A stretch of 64,000 nt of DNA from Longimicrobiales bacterium (GTDB taxonomy: Bacteria > Gemmatimonadota > Gemmatimonadetes > Longimicrobiales > Gaopeijiaceae), in NCBI GenBank assembly GCA_965204735.1, contig OZ242008.1, positions 4,032,001-4,096,000 of the forward strand, read 5' to 3'. The notes under the pieces were generated by a model. That model searched no databases and was not told the DNA's origin. It worked only from the letters and a program-made list of their open reading frames with translations. Each line of letters starts with the position of its first letter. Positions within the stretch are counted from its first letter, which is position 1. This document shows, piece by piece, positions 49,212-59,338 of the stretch. The position numbers and the translations under genes are program-made.

Positions 49212-50281
49212 GATCCGCCCTCCTCTCGGCTGCCGGCCGAGGCCGTCGAGTGCGTGGAGGCGCCCGAGCCGGCCGAGGCCGCCGTCGCGGGAGCCGCCGT
49301 CGAGCCCGACTCCGCTGGGGCCCCGGACGTGGCGGGAGCGCCCGAAGTCGCGGGAGCCTGCGGAGCCGTGGTCAGGTCGCGGAAGAGCTGCTCCAGGTTG
49401 GCCTTCTCGCGGCGCAGCTCCCAGAGCACCCACCCTCTGGCCGACGCCAGCTTGAAGATCTCGGGGCGAAGCTCGCGGTCGGCGGGGGCTTCCAGGCGCA
49501 CTCGCAGCCGACCGTTCACGGCCTCGGCGGAGTGGCCCGCAACCCCCGGCAGTCCCCGCAGTCCCTCCGCCACGCCGTCGCCCTCGGCCTCCACCACGTA
49601 GCGCGCGCCGCCCTTGCCCGCGTCCAGGAGCTCGGCCACGGTTCCGTCGGCGGCGATTGCGCCGTTGGCGATCACCAGAAGGCGGTCGCAGGTGGCTTCC
49701 ACCTCCTGCATGACGTGAGTGCTGAGGATGACGGTGCGCTCGCTGCCCAGCGAACTCACCAGCTTCCGGATCTCGACGCGCTGGTTGGGGTCGAGCCCCT
49801 CGGTCGGCTCGTCCAGGACCAGGATCTCGGGCTGGTGGAGGATCGCCCCCGCCATGCCGGTCCGCTGTCGGTAGCCCTTCGAGAGCTCGCTGACGGGCCG
49901 GAAGAACACGTCCTCCAGTCCCGTTTCCTCCACCGCGGCGCCGATCCCCGCCCGGGACCCGGCCTCGTCCATGCCCCGGAGGCGCGCCACGAACTCCAGG
50001 AACTCGCAGACGAGCATCTCGTCGTAGAGCGGGTTCGCCTCGGGGAGGTACCCGATCCGGGCCTTCGCCGCGATCAGGTCGTCCGAGATCGGTTCGCCGT
50101 CGAAGCGGATCGTGCCTTCGTCGGGCTGGAGCGTGCCCGTCAGCATCCGCATGGTGGTCGTCTTGCCCGCCCCGTTGGGCCCGAGAAAGCCGACGACCTC
50201 GCCCCGGCTCACCTCGAAGCTGGCCTTGTCGACGGCCACGATCGAGTCGTAGCGCTTGGTCACGCCTTCGACCGAGATCAT
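49208..50281 (-). CDS. ABC ATP-binding protein (GldA-like)
   Basis: GPNGAGKTT, LSKGYRQR, LDEPT; Ala/Pro-rich repeat tail. Confidence 0.92.
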   Translation of the reverse strand: MISVEGVTKRYDSIVAVDKASFEVSRGEVVGFLGPNGAGKTTTMRMLTGTLQPDEGTIRFDGEPISDDLIAAKARIGYLPEANPLYDEMLVCEFLEFVARLRGMDEAGSRAGIGAAVEETGLEDVFFRPVSELSKGYRQRTGMAGAILHQPEILVLDEPTEGLDPNQRVEIRKLVSSLGSERTVILSTHVMQEVEATCDRLLVIANGAIAADGTVAELLDAGKGGARYVVEAEGDGVAEGLRGLPGVAGHSAEAVNGRLRVRLEAPADRELRPEIFKLASARGWVLWELRREKANLEQLFRDLTTAPQAPATSGAPATSGAPAESGSTAAPATAASAGSGASTHSTASAGSREEGGS

Positions 50282-50776
50282 ACGTTCCCCTGTTCTCCTT
50301 TCCTGTACCGGCTGTCCCTGTCGTAGGCGCCCCCGAAACGAGGGCGCTCCTGCCAAGACAATGAAACTAATGAACGGAACAAGCTGTCCAGTGGTCAAGC
50401 GGTGTTCCGGGGCCCCACGGACGGAATCCCTGCCCGGCTTCGGCGGCTCGGACGCGGGCGAGCCAGATGGGCGGCGGCGGAGCCCTGGGCCCGAGTCCAC
50501 AAATAGGCGCCGGCAGTCCCGACGGTGAAGTGCTCGTCCAAGATCAGGACCCTGCGCCCTCCAGGACTCGGCTTGCCACCGCCTCCCAGTCGTACGCCCC
50601 AAGTGGCGTCGCGTCCTCTTCGTTCCACCGCGCCTGCCGGTGCCAGTCGGCCCTTGGCCAGAGCCTCGTCACCGTCCGGTCTCGCTCCCCCAGGCTCGCC
50701 TCCATCGCTCCGATGGGGCCCCGAGTAGACACCCAGCACGTTCCATGGTTACCTTGTCGTCCAAGCCTTCCGCTGG

Positions 50777-52828
50777 ATGTCCCTTCTGAACACACTCGCC
50801 GCGATGTCGGCCAAGGAACGACAGCCTGTCGAAACCCTCAATGAGAACCAGCGGAAGGCCGTATCGTGGAACGATGGTCCGCTTCTGGTGCTGGCAGGGC
50901 CGGGCTCCGGCAAGACGCGAGTGCTGACCTGTCGTGTTGCCCGAATACTCGAGGACGATGACGAGTCGTCCGTGCTTGCGCTGACCTTTACAAACAAAGC
51001 CGCGGCGGAAATGCGGAACCGGGTCGAACGGCTTCTCGGTCAGCAGGCAAGTCGTGCTCGTCTGTGCACCTTCCATTCGTTCGCCGCCGACATCCTTCGC
51101 CAGCATGGCAGCCACCTAGGGCTGCGCCCCGACTTCAGCCTGCTCGTTCAGGACGAGGACCGCATAGCCATCCTTGAAGACGTGGCGGCTGACTTGTCCG
51201 GCAACGGCGACCACTTGCCATCGGATCGACGGAACCTCCTCCGTTTCGTCGACCGCCTGTTCGCCGAATCCTACGACGGCGGAGAAATGGCGGCCTCGCT
51301 AGTCCGTTCCCCAACATGGGCGCCCCCACTGTATCGGGGCTACCGCCAAGCTCTCGTTTCCGAAAACCGCCTCGACTTCGGCAGCTTGTTGCACTTTGCC
51401 TGTCGCCTATTGAGGGAGAAGCCGGGGGTTGCCCGCTTGGTGCGGTTGGGCTGGACCCACGTATGCGTCGACGAATTTCAGGACACCAACAAGGCACAGT
51501 ACGACCTTCTTCGGTTGATTGCGCCCCGTAAGATGCACAATCTGTTCGTGGTTGCAGACGACGATCAGGTCATCTACCAGTGGAACGGCGCAAGTCCCGA
51601 ACGACTCGCACATTTGCGGCGCGACTACAGCATGCGTGTCGTTCAGCTCCCGGAGTGCTATCGCTGTCCGCCATCCATCGTCGCAGTCGCCAACCGCCTA
51701 ATCGCCTACAACGTCGAAAGGATGTCGAGCAAGCTGTCCCTGACGGCTTCGGCCAGCATGGAGGACCGCTGCGATGGTGGCATCCGATGTGGGGCGTTCG
51801 AATCACCGGAAGCAGAGGCGGCATTCATTCCAAGAGACATCCGAAGCAGAGGGCTCGCCGCCGCCGAATGTGTCGTGTTGGGGCGTTCTGTAAAGTTGCT
51901 GTCGGACGTCGTCGTTGGTTTGACCAACGAAAGAACCGAAGCCGTCCTGATGCGGCGAAAGGACGATTTCGAGTCGCCTGTGATTCGCGTGTTGGTCGAG
52001 GCGTTGCGCTTGACGAATGCCAGACATGACCGCGAAGTACTGCGGAGACTTTGCGTGGCATGGACGGAGCTGTCCGACCGTGCCCTCGAGTCAGACGCTG
52101 TAGCAGCCGCAGCCGCGCTCTCGGGTGGAGATTTCTTGCGCGCATGGGCGGACGCGGCCTCAGCCTCGGCGACCTTATCCGCCCCTTCCATGGCGATGGT
52201 GGCCCGGATTCGCTCGGAGCTTGTGGATGCTCTGGCGTTTCGTGACATTATCGACTGGTTTCTCGACGAAGGTTGGCGAACTTGGAACGGCAGTGACGGC
52301 CGGGGTGACACGATTGATCAGGAGGCCAATGAGGATCGGGGCGTCGCCGACGAAATGGAAGCGTGGAGGGAGTTGCACGAAGACATGATCCAGGAGTACG
52401 GTGCACGCAAGCTGACTCTGAACGTCTACCTCCAACAGATGGACTTGATGTCCAAGCTGCCCCCTCAGAAACCGGACGCAGTGCGCTGCATGACCGTGCA
52501 TGGCTCGAAGGGACTGGAGTTCAAGCATGTCTACCTGATGGGCATGGCGCAGGAAGTGTTTCCGTCGTTTCAGGCGTTGCGCAACGGATCCCAGAGTCGG
52601 GAAGTGGAGGAGGAGCGCCGGAATTGTTTTGTGGCCATCACTCGCACGGAAGAGACGTTGACCCTTACTCGGTCAAGGATGTACTACGGATACCCGAAGG
52701 AACCATCGCAGTTTCTTGAGGAGATGGGAGTACGCGAACTGCCGCTGGCGGATGTTCGCGGGGGTGACCACAGGCGCCGTTGGTCTCACGAACCGCCGAT
52801 TCCGAGCGACCCGTGCGTCCGCCGATGA
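50777..52828 (+). CDS. UvrD/Rep-family helicase (copy 2)
   Basis: LAGPGSGKT, VDEFQD, TVHGSKGLEF, EEERR; lower GC than flanks. Confidence 0.93.
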   Translation: MSLLNTLAAMSAKERQPVETLNENQRKAVSWNDGPLLVLAGPGSGKTRVLTCRVARILEDDDESSVLALTFTNKAAAEMRNRVERLLGQQASRARLCTFHSFAADILRQHGSHLGLRPDFSLLVQDEDRIAILEDVAADLSGNGDHLPSDRRNLLRFVDRLFAESYDGGEMAASLVRSPTWAPPLYRGYRQALVSENRLDFGSLLHFACRLLREKPGVARLVRLGWTHVCVDEFQDTNKAQYDLLRLIAPRKMHNLFVVADDDQVIYQWNGASPERLAHLRRDYSMRVVQLPECYRCPPSIVAVANRLIAYNVERMSSKLSLTASASMEDRCDGGIRCGAFESPEAEAAFIPRDIRSRGLAAAECVVLGRSVKLLSDVVVGLTNERTEAVLMRRKDDFESPVIRVLVEALRLTNARHDREVLRRLCVAWTELSDRALESDAVAAAAALSGGDFLRAWADAASASATLSAPSMAMVARIRSELVDALAFRDIIDWFLDEGWRTWNGSDGRGDTIDQEANEDRGVADEMEAWRELHEDMIQEYGARKLTLNVYLQQMDLMSKLPPQKPDAVRCMTVHGSKGLEFKHVYLMGMAQEVFPSFQALRNGSQSREVEEERRNCFVAITRTEETLTLTRSRMYYGYPKEPSQFLEEMGVRELPLADVRGGDHRRRWSHEPPIPSDPCVRR

Positions 52829-53072
52829 CGGCCGGCTTGCCCCGCCTCGTGGGCGGGCTGATCTTACTGGCGAGGGGCTCCGGCCCCGACCGCCGCCCAT
52901 TCCTTCTTCCGCCGGGCTCGGCCCCACCGGGACGGACCCGGCGTTGACCGCTTCGTTACGGGGTCGTCGCCGGAGGGCGCTTCCGGCCCTGCTATCGTGC
53001 GGTGCTCAAGCCATCCATCCCAGGGGGCTCCGGCCCCTTCCGAGACGCAAGCAAAGAGGAGGAACACAGGGA

Positions 53073-55820
53073 ATGAAGCCGTTTCGTCTGATCGTCCCGT
53101 CGCTGCTGCTTCTGGCGGCCCCGCTAGGGGCGCAGGAGAACGGGACCGTGACCGGATCCGTGACGGCCGACGGGTCCGGCGCCGAAAGCGCCCAGATCGT
53201 GCTGTCCCAGACCGAGACCGGGGCGCAGTACGGCGGGCTCGCCAACCAGAGCGGACGCTACAACGTCGTCGCCGTGCCCGCGGGCTCCTACGACGTGTCG
53301 GTCCAGCTGATCGGCTTCACCGCCGAACCCCAGCGGATCGTCCTCGAGGCCGGAGCCACGGCGGTGGTGGACTTCGCCATGGTCTCCTCGGCGGTGTCGC
53401 TGGGCGGCATCGAGGTGCTGGCCGAGCGGGCGGAGGAGCGTCGGACGCCCGTCGCCTTCACCGACGTGTCCAAGGCCCAGATCCAGACCCAGCTGGGCTC
53501 GCGCGACCTGCCGCTCGTCCTGAGCATCACGCCCTCGGTCTACTCCACCGCCCAGGGCGGGGGCGCCGGGGACGCCCGCATCAACGTCAGGGGGTTCAGC
53601 CAGCGCAACACGGCGGTGATGATCAACGGCGTGCCCGTCAACGACATGGAGAACGGGTGGGTCTACTGGTCGAACTGGGACGGCCTGGGCGACGCCGCGA
53701 CGAGCATCCAGCTCCAGCGGGGGCTGAGCGCGGTGAACCTGGCCACGCCCTCGATCGGCGGAACCCTCAACGTCATCACGGACCCGAGCCAGCAGCGACC
53801 GGGCTACAACTTCAAGCAGGAGTTCGGCAGCGGGAACTTCCTGAAGACGACGATGACCGCCTCCACCGGCCCCATCGGCAAGTTCGCCCTGACGGCGTCG
53901 GGCGTGCGCAAGACCGGCGACGGCCTGATCGACGGGACGTGGACCGACGCCTGGTCGTACTACGTGGCGTCCCAGTACAGGGTCAGCGACAACAACCGGC
54001 TGGAGCTCTACGCGGTGGGCGCGCCCCAGCGCCACGGCCAGAACCTGTACAAGCTCAACTTGGCCACGCTGAACCGGGAGTTCGCCGCCGGCCTGACCGA
54101 CTACGATCCCCGGGCGCTGGAGCGCTTCTCCACCGAGGCCGGCCGCTACTGGAGCCCGAACGTGGGCGGGGTGAACCCGGCGTACACCGGTCGCCAGTTC
54201 AACAGCACGGGTCCGGGCGCCGGCGTCTCCAGCCGCCACGCCCGGGACTTCATCAACGAGCGGGAGAACTACTTCCACAAGCCCCAGGTCAACCTGAACT
54301 GGTACTCGTACTTCGGGAACGGCCTCACGATGAACACCGTGGCCTACTACTCCGGCGGCAACGGCGGCGGCACGGGCACCTACGGCTCGCTCCGCTGGGA
54401 CTACACCTACGGCCAGCGCTTCGCCGACTGGAACGCCACGATCGAGCGCAACCGGGGCAACGACGACGGCGGGTCGTCGGGCATCCTGCGCAACTCGGTG
54501 AACAACCAGGACACGTGGGGCGCGATCGCCAAGCTCCAAAAGGACTTCTCCAACGGGTTGGTGACCGAGGTGGGGGTGGACTGGCGAACCGCCACGATCG
54601 AGCACTACCGGGAGGTCCGGGACCTGCTTGGCGGCAGCTTCTACAACGACTGCTTCCGAGGCTGCAGCTCCGACTTCTGGAGCGAGGCCGAAGGCGACCG
54701 CGGCCTGGGCGACAAGATACACTACCACAACGAAAACGACGTCAACTGGGTCGGTGCCCACCTGCAGGCGGAGAAGTCTTCGCAAGCCGGGTCGTTCTAT
54801 GGAATGGCCGGCATTTCGCGGATCTCCTACGACTTCACCGACTTCTTCACGCGGGGTCCCGGCGGCGGCTTTCTGGAGCTGAGCAGCGGCGGGATCAGCG
54901 GATTCCAGTTCAAGGGCGGAGCCGTGCGCAATCTGGGTCCCGAGTGGTCCGTCTACGGCAACGCCGGCTACGTGTCGAAGGTGCCGATCTTCGACGGCGT
55001 GATCGACGACAACAACGGAGAGCTCGTCCAGGACCCCAAGAACGAGAAGTTCGTGTCGTTCGAGGCCGGGACCCGCTTCCGGTCGCTGAACCGCCGCTTC
55101 TCCTTCGACGCCAACGTGTACTTCACCCAGTGGAACGACCGAACCCGCATCGAGCGCGACCGGATCACCGAGGACGTGAACGTGCTGGTCAACCTTCTGG
55201 GAGTGGACGCTCGCCACATGGGGGTGGAGATGGAGGGCGCCTTCCAGCCAGCCGACTACCTGCGCTTCGACGCGGCGATGTCGTGGGGCGACTGGAAGCA
55301 CACCAACAACCCTTCGGGCACTTTCAGGCGGGCGGACCGCCAGGGCGAGACCGAGGTCAGGACGTACTACCTGAACGGGTTGTACGTGGGCGACGCACCC
55401 CAGTTCCAGGTCGCCTACGCGCTGTCGCTCTTCCCGTCGGGCGGGCTCTACGTGCGGGCCGTGGGCAAGACCTTCGGCAAGCACTACGCCAACTACGACC
55501 TCTTCGGGCGGTCCAGCAACATCGACGAGGGCGTCCAGTCCTGGCGCGCGCCGGGGTACACCGTCTTCGACATGCACGCCTCGTACCGCCTCTCGTCCGA
55601 GGTGACGGCGGCGATCGGCGGCAACGTCCGCCTCTTCCTGCACGTGTTCAACATCTTGGACACGATCTACGTGCAGGACGCCTCCGACAACTCCCGCTTC
55701 AACGGCTTCCGCGACGACGCCGAGCGCGAGCGGGGCGCACTCAGCCACAAGGCCGACGACGCCGAGGTCTTCCTGGGCTACCCCAGGTCGCTGAACTTCG
55801 GCTTCCAGATCATGCACTAG
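53073..55820 (+). CDS. TonB-dependent receptor with N-terminal carboxypeptidase-regulatory-like domain
   Basis: signal peptide, plug motif INVRGF..INGVPVND, FNILD, strong SD. Confidence 0.93.
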   Translation: MKPFRLIVPSLLLLAAPLGAQENGTVTGSVTADGSGAESAQIVLSQTETGAQYGGLANQSGRYNVVAVPAGSYDVSVQLIGFTAEPQRIVLEAGATAVVDFAMVSSAVSLGGIEVLAERAEERRTPVAFTDVSKAQIQTQLGSRDLPLVLSITPSVYSTAQGGGAGDARINVRGFSQRNTAVMINGVPVNDMENGWVYWSNWDGLGDAATSIQLQRGLSAVNLATPSIGGTLNVITDPSQQRPGYNFKQEFGSGNFLKTTMTASTGPIGKFALTASGVRKTGDGLIDGTWTDAWSYYVASQYRVSDNNRLELYAVGAPQRHGQNLYKLNLATLNREFAAGLTDYDPRALERFSTEAGRYWSPNVGGVNPAYTGRQFNSTGPGAGVSSRHARDFINERENYFHKPQVNLNWYSYFGNGLTMNTVAYYSGGNGGGTGTYGSLRWDYTYGQRFADWNATIERNRGNDDGGSSGILRNSVNNQDTWGAIAKLQKDFSNGLVTEVGVDWRTATIEHYREVRDLLGGSFYNDCFRGCSSDFWSEAEGDRGLGDKIHYHNENDVNWVGAHLQAEKSSQAGSFYGMAGISRISYDFTDFFTRGPGGGFLELSSGGISGFQFKGGAVRNLGPEWSVYGNAGYVSKVPIFDGVIDDNNGELVQDPKNEKFVSFEAGTRFRSLNRRFSFDANVYFTQWNDRTRIERDRITEDVNVLVNLLGVDARHMGVEMEGAFQPADYLRFDAAMSWGDWKHTNNPSGTFRRADRQGETEVRTYYLNGLYVGDAPQFQVAYALSLFPSGGLYVRAVGKTFGKHYANYDLFGRSSNIDEGVQSWRAPGYTVFDMHASYRLSSEVTAAIGGNVRLFLHVFNILDTIYVQDASDNSRFNGFRDDAERERGALSHKADDAEVFLGYPRSLNFGFQIMH

Positions 55821-55828
55821 CGCAGGTT

Positions 55829-55871
55829 CCGGGCGGCGCGGCTCGGCAGGTGGCCGCGCCGCCCGGTTTCT
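55829..55871 (+). terminator. 14-bp GC hairpin with short U tract
   Basis: CCGGGCGGCGCGGC-N10-GCCGCGCCGCCCGG-TTTCT. Confidence 0.65.
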
Positions 55872-55999
55872 GCGGGGCTGGGACTTGTCGCGAGGATTCC
55901 GTGGGTTGGGACTTCCGGCCAGTGCCTTCGCGGGGCGGCCGAGCTCTTTTAGGCTGGTTGCGGCTGGGTCACGGGCACCGCAGGGGCGTTGCGACGACT

Positions 56000-56542
56000 C
56001 TATGGTTGCTCAACACGGAGTCGACCTCGATCAGTTCCTCGAGCGTCACGTCGTACCCCGTTGATCTGGGCCGTGGCGAGTCCCGATTCTCTCAGCGACT
56101 CCAGATGGCCTCGAAACATGCACTGGATGGAGTCGGCCCAGGCAGGCGTCCACTCCGGCCGGGCAAGCTCGGCTTCCATTTCCGCCAGGGCCACCCGAAG
56201 CTCGGCGGCGAACGAGTCTGGGTTGGCGATGTTGGCTCGCACCTGCGGGTCGTTCTCCAGGTCATGGATCTCCTGCCGGTGCATCTCGATACTGGCTCGC
56301 AGCGCTTCCCTCTTCGTCAATGGCGTCGCCCTCCTCCCCATCAGGAAATACAGCGAGTCCAAGCCCGGATGGTCGACATAGATTATCGTCGTGTCCGTCC
56401 ACACCGTCGTCGTGTCCAGCGCAGGCTCCAGATCTGACGAAGACTCGGGACCCCGAAGGTCGCCCTGGGAGCACGCCGCAAGGGCGACGGCGAGCAGCCC
56501 GATCGACGCAGCGACCTGTCGCGTGGTTCGTGGCGTGATCAT
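56000..56542 (-). CDS. Hypothetical lipoprotein
   Basis: LLAVALAA-C lipobox; AAGGA/GGAG upstream. Confidence 0.7.
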   Translation of the reverse strand: MITPRTTRQVAASIGLLAVALAACSQGDLRGPESSSDLEPALDTTTVWTDTTIIYVDHPGLDSLYFLMGRRATPLTKREALRASIEMHRQEIHDLENDPQVRANIANPDSFAAELRVALAEMEAELARPEWTPAWADSIQCMFRGHLESLRESGLATAQINGVRRDARGTDRGRLRVEQP

Positions 56543-56664
56543 GGCTCCATTCCTTGTGCTGACGGTGGGGTTTCGGCCTACAATAGATAAGACGCCGCAC
56601 GCCTCCGGCATGGTATATCAAAATTGAACGCGACCCCTCTCCGCGCTCGGACGAGCTGTCCGTC

Positions 56665-56735
56665 GGGCTGGGGAACGCTCGCCGGGATGGGGGCTGGGGA
56701 ACGCCCGCCATCTGGGACTGGGGAACAGCCCGCCC
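56665..56735. repeat. Three degenerate ~24-nt direct repeats (GGG[A]CTGGGGAAC..CGCC)
   Basis: copies start at 56665, 56691 and 56714. Confidence 0.75.
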
Positions 56736-56752
56736 GCCCACGGACCGGGCCG

Positions 56753-57499
56753 CTACGCCCGGACGGCGGCTCCCGGCTTCAGCCCCACGACCCCGATCCG
56801 GCGACGCAGCAGGGGGACGAACCGCTGGCACAGCCGCTCGACCACGCGGAGGCCGGGCAGGTGGGACTCGGCGAAGCGGGCGGTCTCGATCTCGAAGCCG
56901 GCGTCCGTCAGGAGGCCCTTCATGCGGGCCATGGACTTGTAGTCCACGTGGCTGGGGTCCCGCTTGAGCAGGATGTCGTTGTTCTTGAGGACCTCGAGGA
57001 TGTGACTCCGGCAAGGCGTCCACACAACCACCCGGCCCCCGGGCTTCAGCACCCGGAACGCTTCCGCGGCCACGGCTTCGGAGTCGGCCGGGTAGAGGTG
57101 CTCGAAGAGGTCGGCCGCGACGACCACGTCGAAGCTTGCCGCCTCCAGGCCGGTGTCCCGGGCGTCGGCCACCCGAAACGCCACGTTGTCGAACTCGGTC
57201 TGGGCCAAGTGGGCGTTGCACTCGGCGACGGCCCGCTCGGCGAAGTCCACTCCCACGACTTCCTTGGCCAGGGGGGCGAGGGCGCAGCTGATCGTCCCCC
57301 AGCCGCACCCCAGATCGAGCGCTCGGTCCGCCGGGCCGGGCGAGTGAAGCGCGAGCACCATGCGAACCCGGTAGCGCTGGAAAGGGCTCTGGAAGTCCCG
57401 AAGGTGGGCCGCCCCCTCGAAGTACGTCGTCTCGTCGTAGTACGACTTGTCGATTCGTTCGGCGGCCGCCTCTGGTTCGGCGGCCGCTTCTCCTACCAA
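56753..57499 (-). CDS. Class I SAM-dependent methyltransferase
   Basis: [24 protein letters not shown]; start overlaps the rpsN stop. Confidence 0.9.
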   Translation of the reverse strand: MVGEAAAEPEAAAERIDKSYYDETTYFEGAAHLRDFQSPFQRYRVRMVLALHSPGPADRALDLGCGWGTISCALAPLAKEVVGVDFAERAVAECNAHLAQTEFDNVAFRVADARDTGLEAASFDVVVAADLFEHLYPADSEAVAAEAFRVLKPGGRVVVWTPCRSHILEVLKNNDILLKRDPSHVDYKSMARMKGLLTDAGFEIETARFAESHLPGLRVVERLCQRFVPLLRRRIGVVGLKPGAAVRA

Positions 57500-57798
57500 G
57501 ACGACTTGCGGACGCCGGGGATCAGGCCGTGGAGCGACATGTCCCGGAACGCGATCCTGGAGAGCCCGAACTTGCCGATGAACCCCCTGGGGCGACCGGT
57601 CATCTGACACCGATTGCGGTGACGCACGGCGGACGAATCCCGGGGAAGGGACTGGAGCTCGGCCATCGCCTTCCGCTTCTCGCCGGGAGTGGCGTCCGGG
57701 TTCTTCACGACGGCGGTGAGCTTCTGGCGGCGCTCGGCGTACTTGGCGACGAGCCGCGCGCGTTGGTCGTTCCTCTGGAGCTTGCCCTTCTTGGCCAT
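57493..57798 (-). CDS. rpsN: 30S ribosomal protein S14, long zinc-independent type
   Basis: [36 protein letters not shown]; 101 aa, single Cys. Confidence 0.96.
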   Translation of the reverse strand: MAKKGKLQRNDQRARLVAKYAERRQKLTAVVKNPDATPGEKRKAMAELQSLPRDSSAVRHRNRCQMTGRPRGFIGKFGLSRIAFRDMSLHGLIPGVRKSSW

Positions 57799-57860
57799 GC
57801 TGGATGCTTCTCTCGGGGGGTGGTTCGGGGTCGGGACGGCCGGAGGAGTCCGGGGACGGA

Positions 57861-57888
57861 AAGATAGGAAGAAAGGCGGTTCGGTCAA
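57861..57888 (-). promoter_or_regulatory. rpsN promoter TTGACC-N16-TATCTT
   Basis: same architecture as the tRNA promoter. Confidence 0.6.
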
Positions 57889-58323
57889 TGGGGGGCAGCG
57901 CCTGGTGCCGATTTTGATATACCATGACCCCGGCCCAATGGCGTCTACCTAATAGAGCCGCAGGTGGGGGTCCCACGGAACGGCTCCGTGAGCCGACCCA
58001 CCACTGGAAGGGAGAAGCTTCATGAAGATGTTCGAAGGAGCCATCCTGTTCATCTGTCGCATCGCGCCTGACGGAGTCGAGTTCTGATGCCGCTCTGGCT
58101 GTGGCTCGTTCTTCCGCCGTTGCTGGCGTGCTTCGTGGCGGTCATGGCGTTCTTGGCCTGGGGTTGGGGAGAGATCGACCGCATCTGGGACGAGACGTCG
58201 GAGTGGGACGAGAGTCGGTCAGGCTGTCGCTGTTCAGCATGTGGTTGCTCGGAGTCGCCGTCACAAGACGGTCGACCTTCGCCCCCTACAGCTCCGAAAG
58301 TCCGGCGGCGGTGACGCCTGGGC

Positions 58324-58458
58324 TCAGCGGCAGCCGGCCCAGCGCTTGAGAAGCGTGGTCTTGCCCGACTGCCGGGGTCCGGTGAGAACGACCGCCGGGA
58401 ACTCCGAGGCCGCCCGGGCCAGCGTGTGCTCAAGGGCTCGCGTGATGTACTTGGTCAT
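58324..58458 (-). pseudogene. N-terminal remnant of an AAA_14 ATPase
   Basis: MTKYITRALE..PAVVLTGPRQSGKTTLL then stop. Confidence 0.8.
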
Positions 58459-58510
58459 GGTTGGCCTGGAAGAAACGCGCAGATCGGCATTCGGAATGCA
58501 AATATACATG

Positions 58511-59338
58511 TTATCCCCAGAAGAGGTCGCGCTGGCGCCGATGCTTCTTGGCGGGACGGTACTTCTTGAGGGACCGCAGGTCGCCGATGCCCATCTGTCC
58601 CGCCAGGTCCAGGAGCCGCAGGAAGATCCGCGCCGTGGCAAGCGCGTCGCCGTAGGCTCGGTGCCGCTGGTGGACGGGAATGCGGAAGACTTGCGACAGG
58701 GTGCTCAGGTCGTGGCGGGCTACTTCGGGGAAGAGGCGTCGCGACAGGTCCACGGTGCAGAGCCGCTCCACCTTCGGCACGTCCCCCAGCGCGTCGCCCA
58801 GCTGGGCGGCGATCCACCCCCAGTCGAAGGCGGCGCTGTGGGCCACGAACACCCGTCCGTCGAGCCGGCGGAACACCTCTTGGGCGACCTCGTCGAAGGC
58901 CGGCGCGGAGGCGACCATCTCGTCGGTGATGCCGGTCATTCGGACGACTGCCGGATGCAGGCGGCGACCGGGGTTCACAAGGGTGCGGAAGCGGCCGGCG
59001 ACCGCGCCGTCCCGGACCTCCACCACCGCCACGTCGGTGATCCTGTGGCCGTGTTCGTGGCGTCCTCCCGTCGTCTCGACGTCCACCACGGCGTAGGAGA
59101 GGCGGGCGAGGGGCGTGCCGGGGCGAGGCTTGCGGGGCCGGATGCTCCACAGGCCGTCGGCGTCGGCGCGGAAGCGGTCGTCGGGACCCAGCAGCGCGAA
59201 GACGGCGGCGGCCGCCGCGCCGGGGTGGCCGGTGATGCCCATGACCTGCCGGGCGAGGTCGGTCGCGTGCAGGGGGCCGCCTTCCAGCGCGGCCCAGGCC
59301 CGCTGGAGGAGGGAGTCGTCCGCCGCCCGGGGCGTCAT
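58511..59338 (-). CDS. DnaQ/DEDDh 3'-5' exonuclease
   Basis: VVDVETTG, FVAHSAAFD, HRAYGDALATA. Confidence 0.92.
   Translation of the reverse strand: MTPRAADDSLLQRAWAALEGGPLHATDLARQVMGITGHPGAAAAAVFALLGPDDRFRADADGLWSIRPRKPRPGTPLARLSYAVVDVETTGGRHEHGHRITDVAVVEVRDGAVAGRFRTLVNPGRRLHPAVVRMTGITDEMVASAPAFDEVAQEVFRRLDGRVFVAHSAAFDWGWIAAQLGDALGDVPKVERLCTVDLSRRLFPEVARHDLSTLSQVFRIPVHQRHRAYGDALATARIFLRLLDLAGQMGIGDLRSLKKYRPAKKHRRQRDLFWG

Noticed and set aside
50395..50760. Possible frameshifted gene fragment on the - strand (..AVASRVLEG / RVLILDEHFTVG..)
   Set aside because: Protein-like but unassignable without a search
52830..53072. Cobalamin or TPP riboswitch before the TonB receptor
   Set aside because: No consensus elements recognised; only a twice-repeated GGGGCTCCGGCCCC hairpin
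56665..56735. Short repeats as a mini-CRISPR
   Set aside because: Only three degenerate, nearly abutting units, no spacers and no cas genes
58022..58314. 21-aa ORF TGATG-coupled to a small hydrophobic ORF
   Set aside because: Probably a decayed membrane-protein gene; no recognisable family
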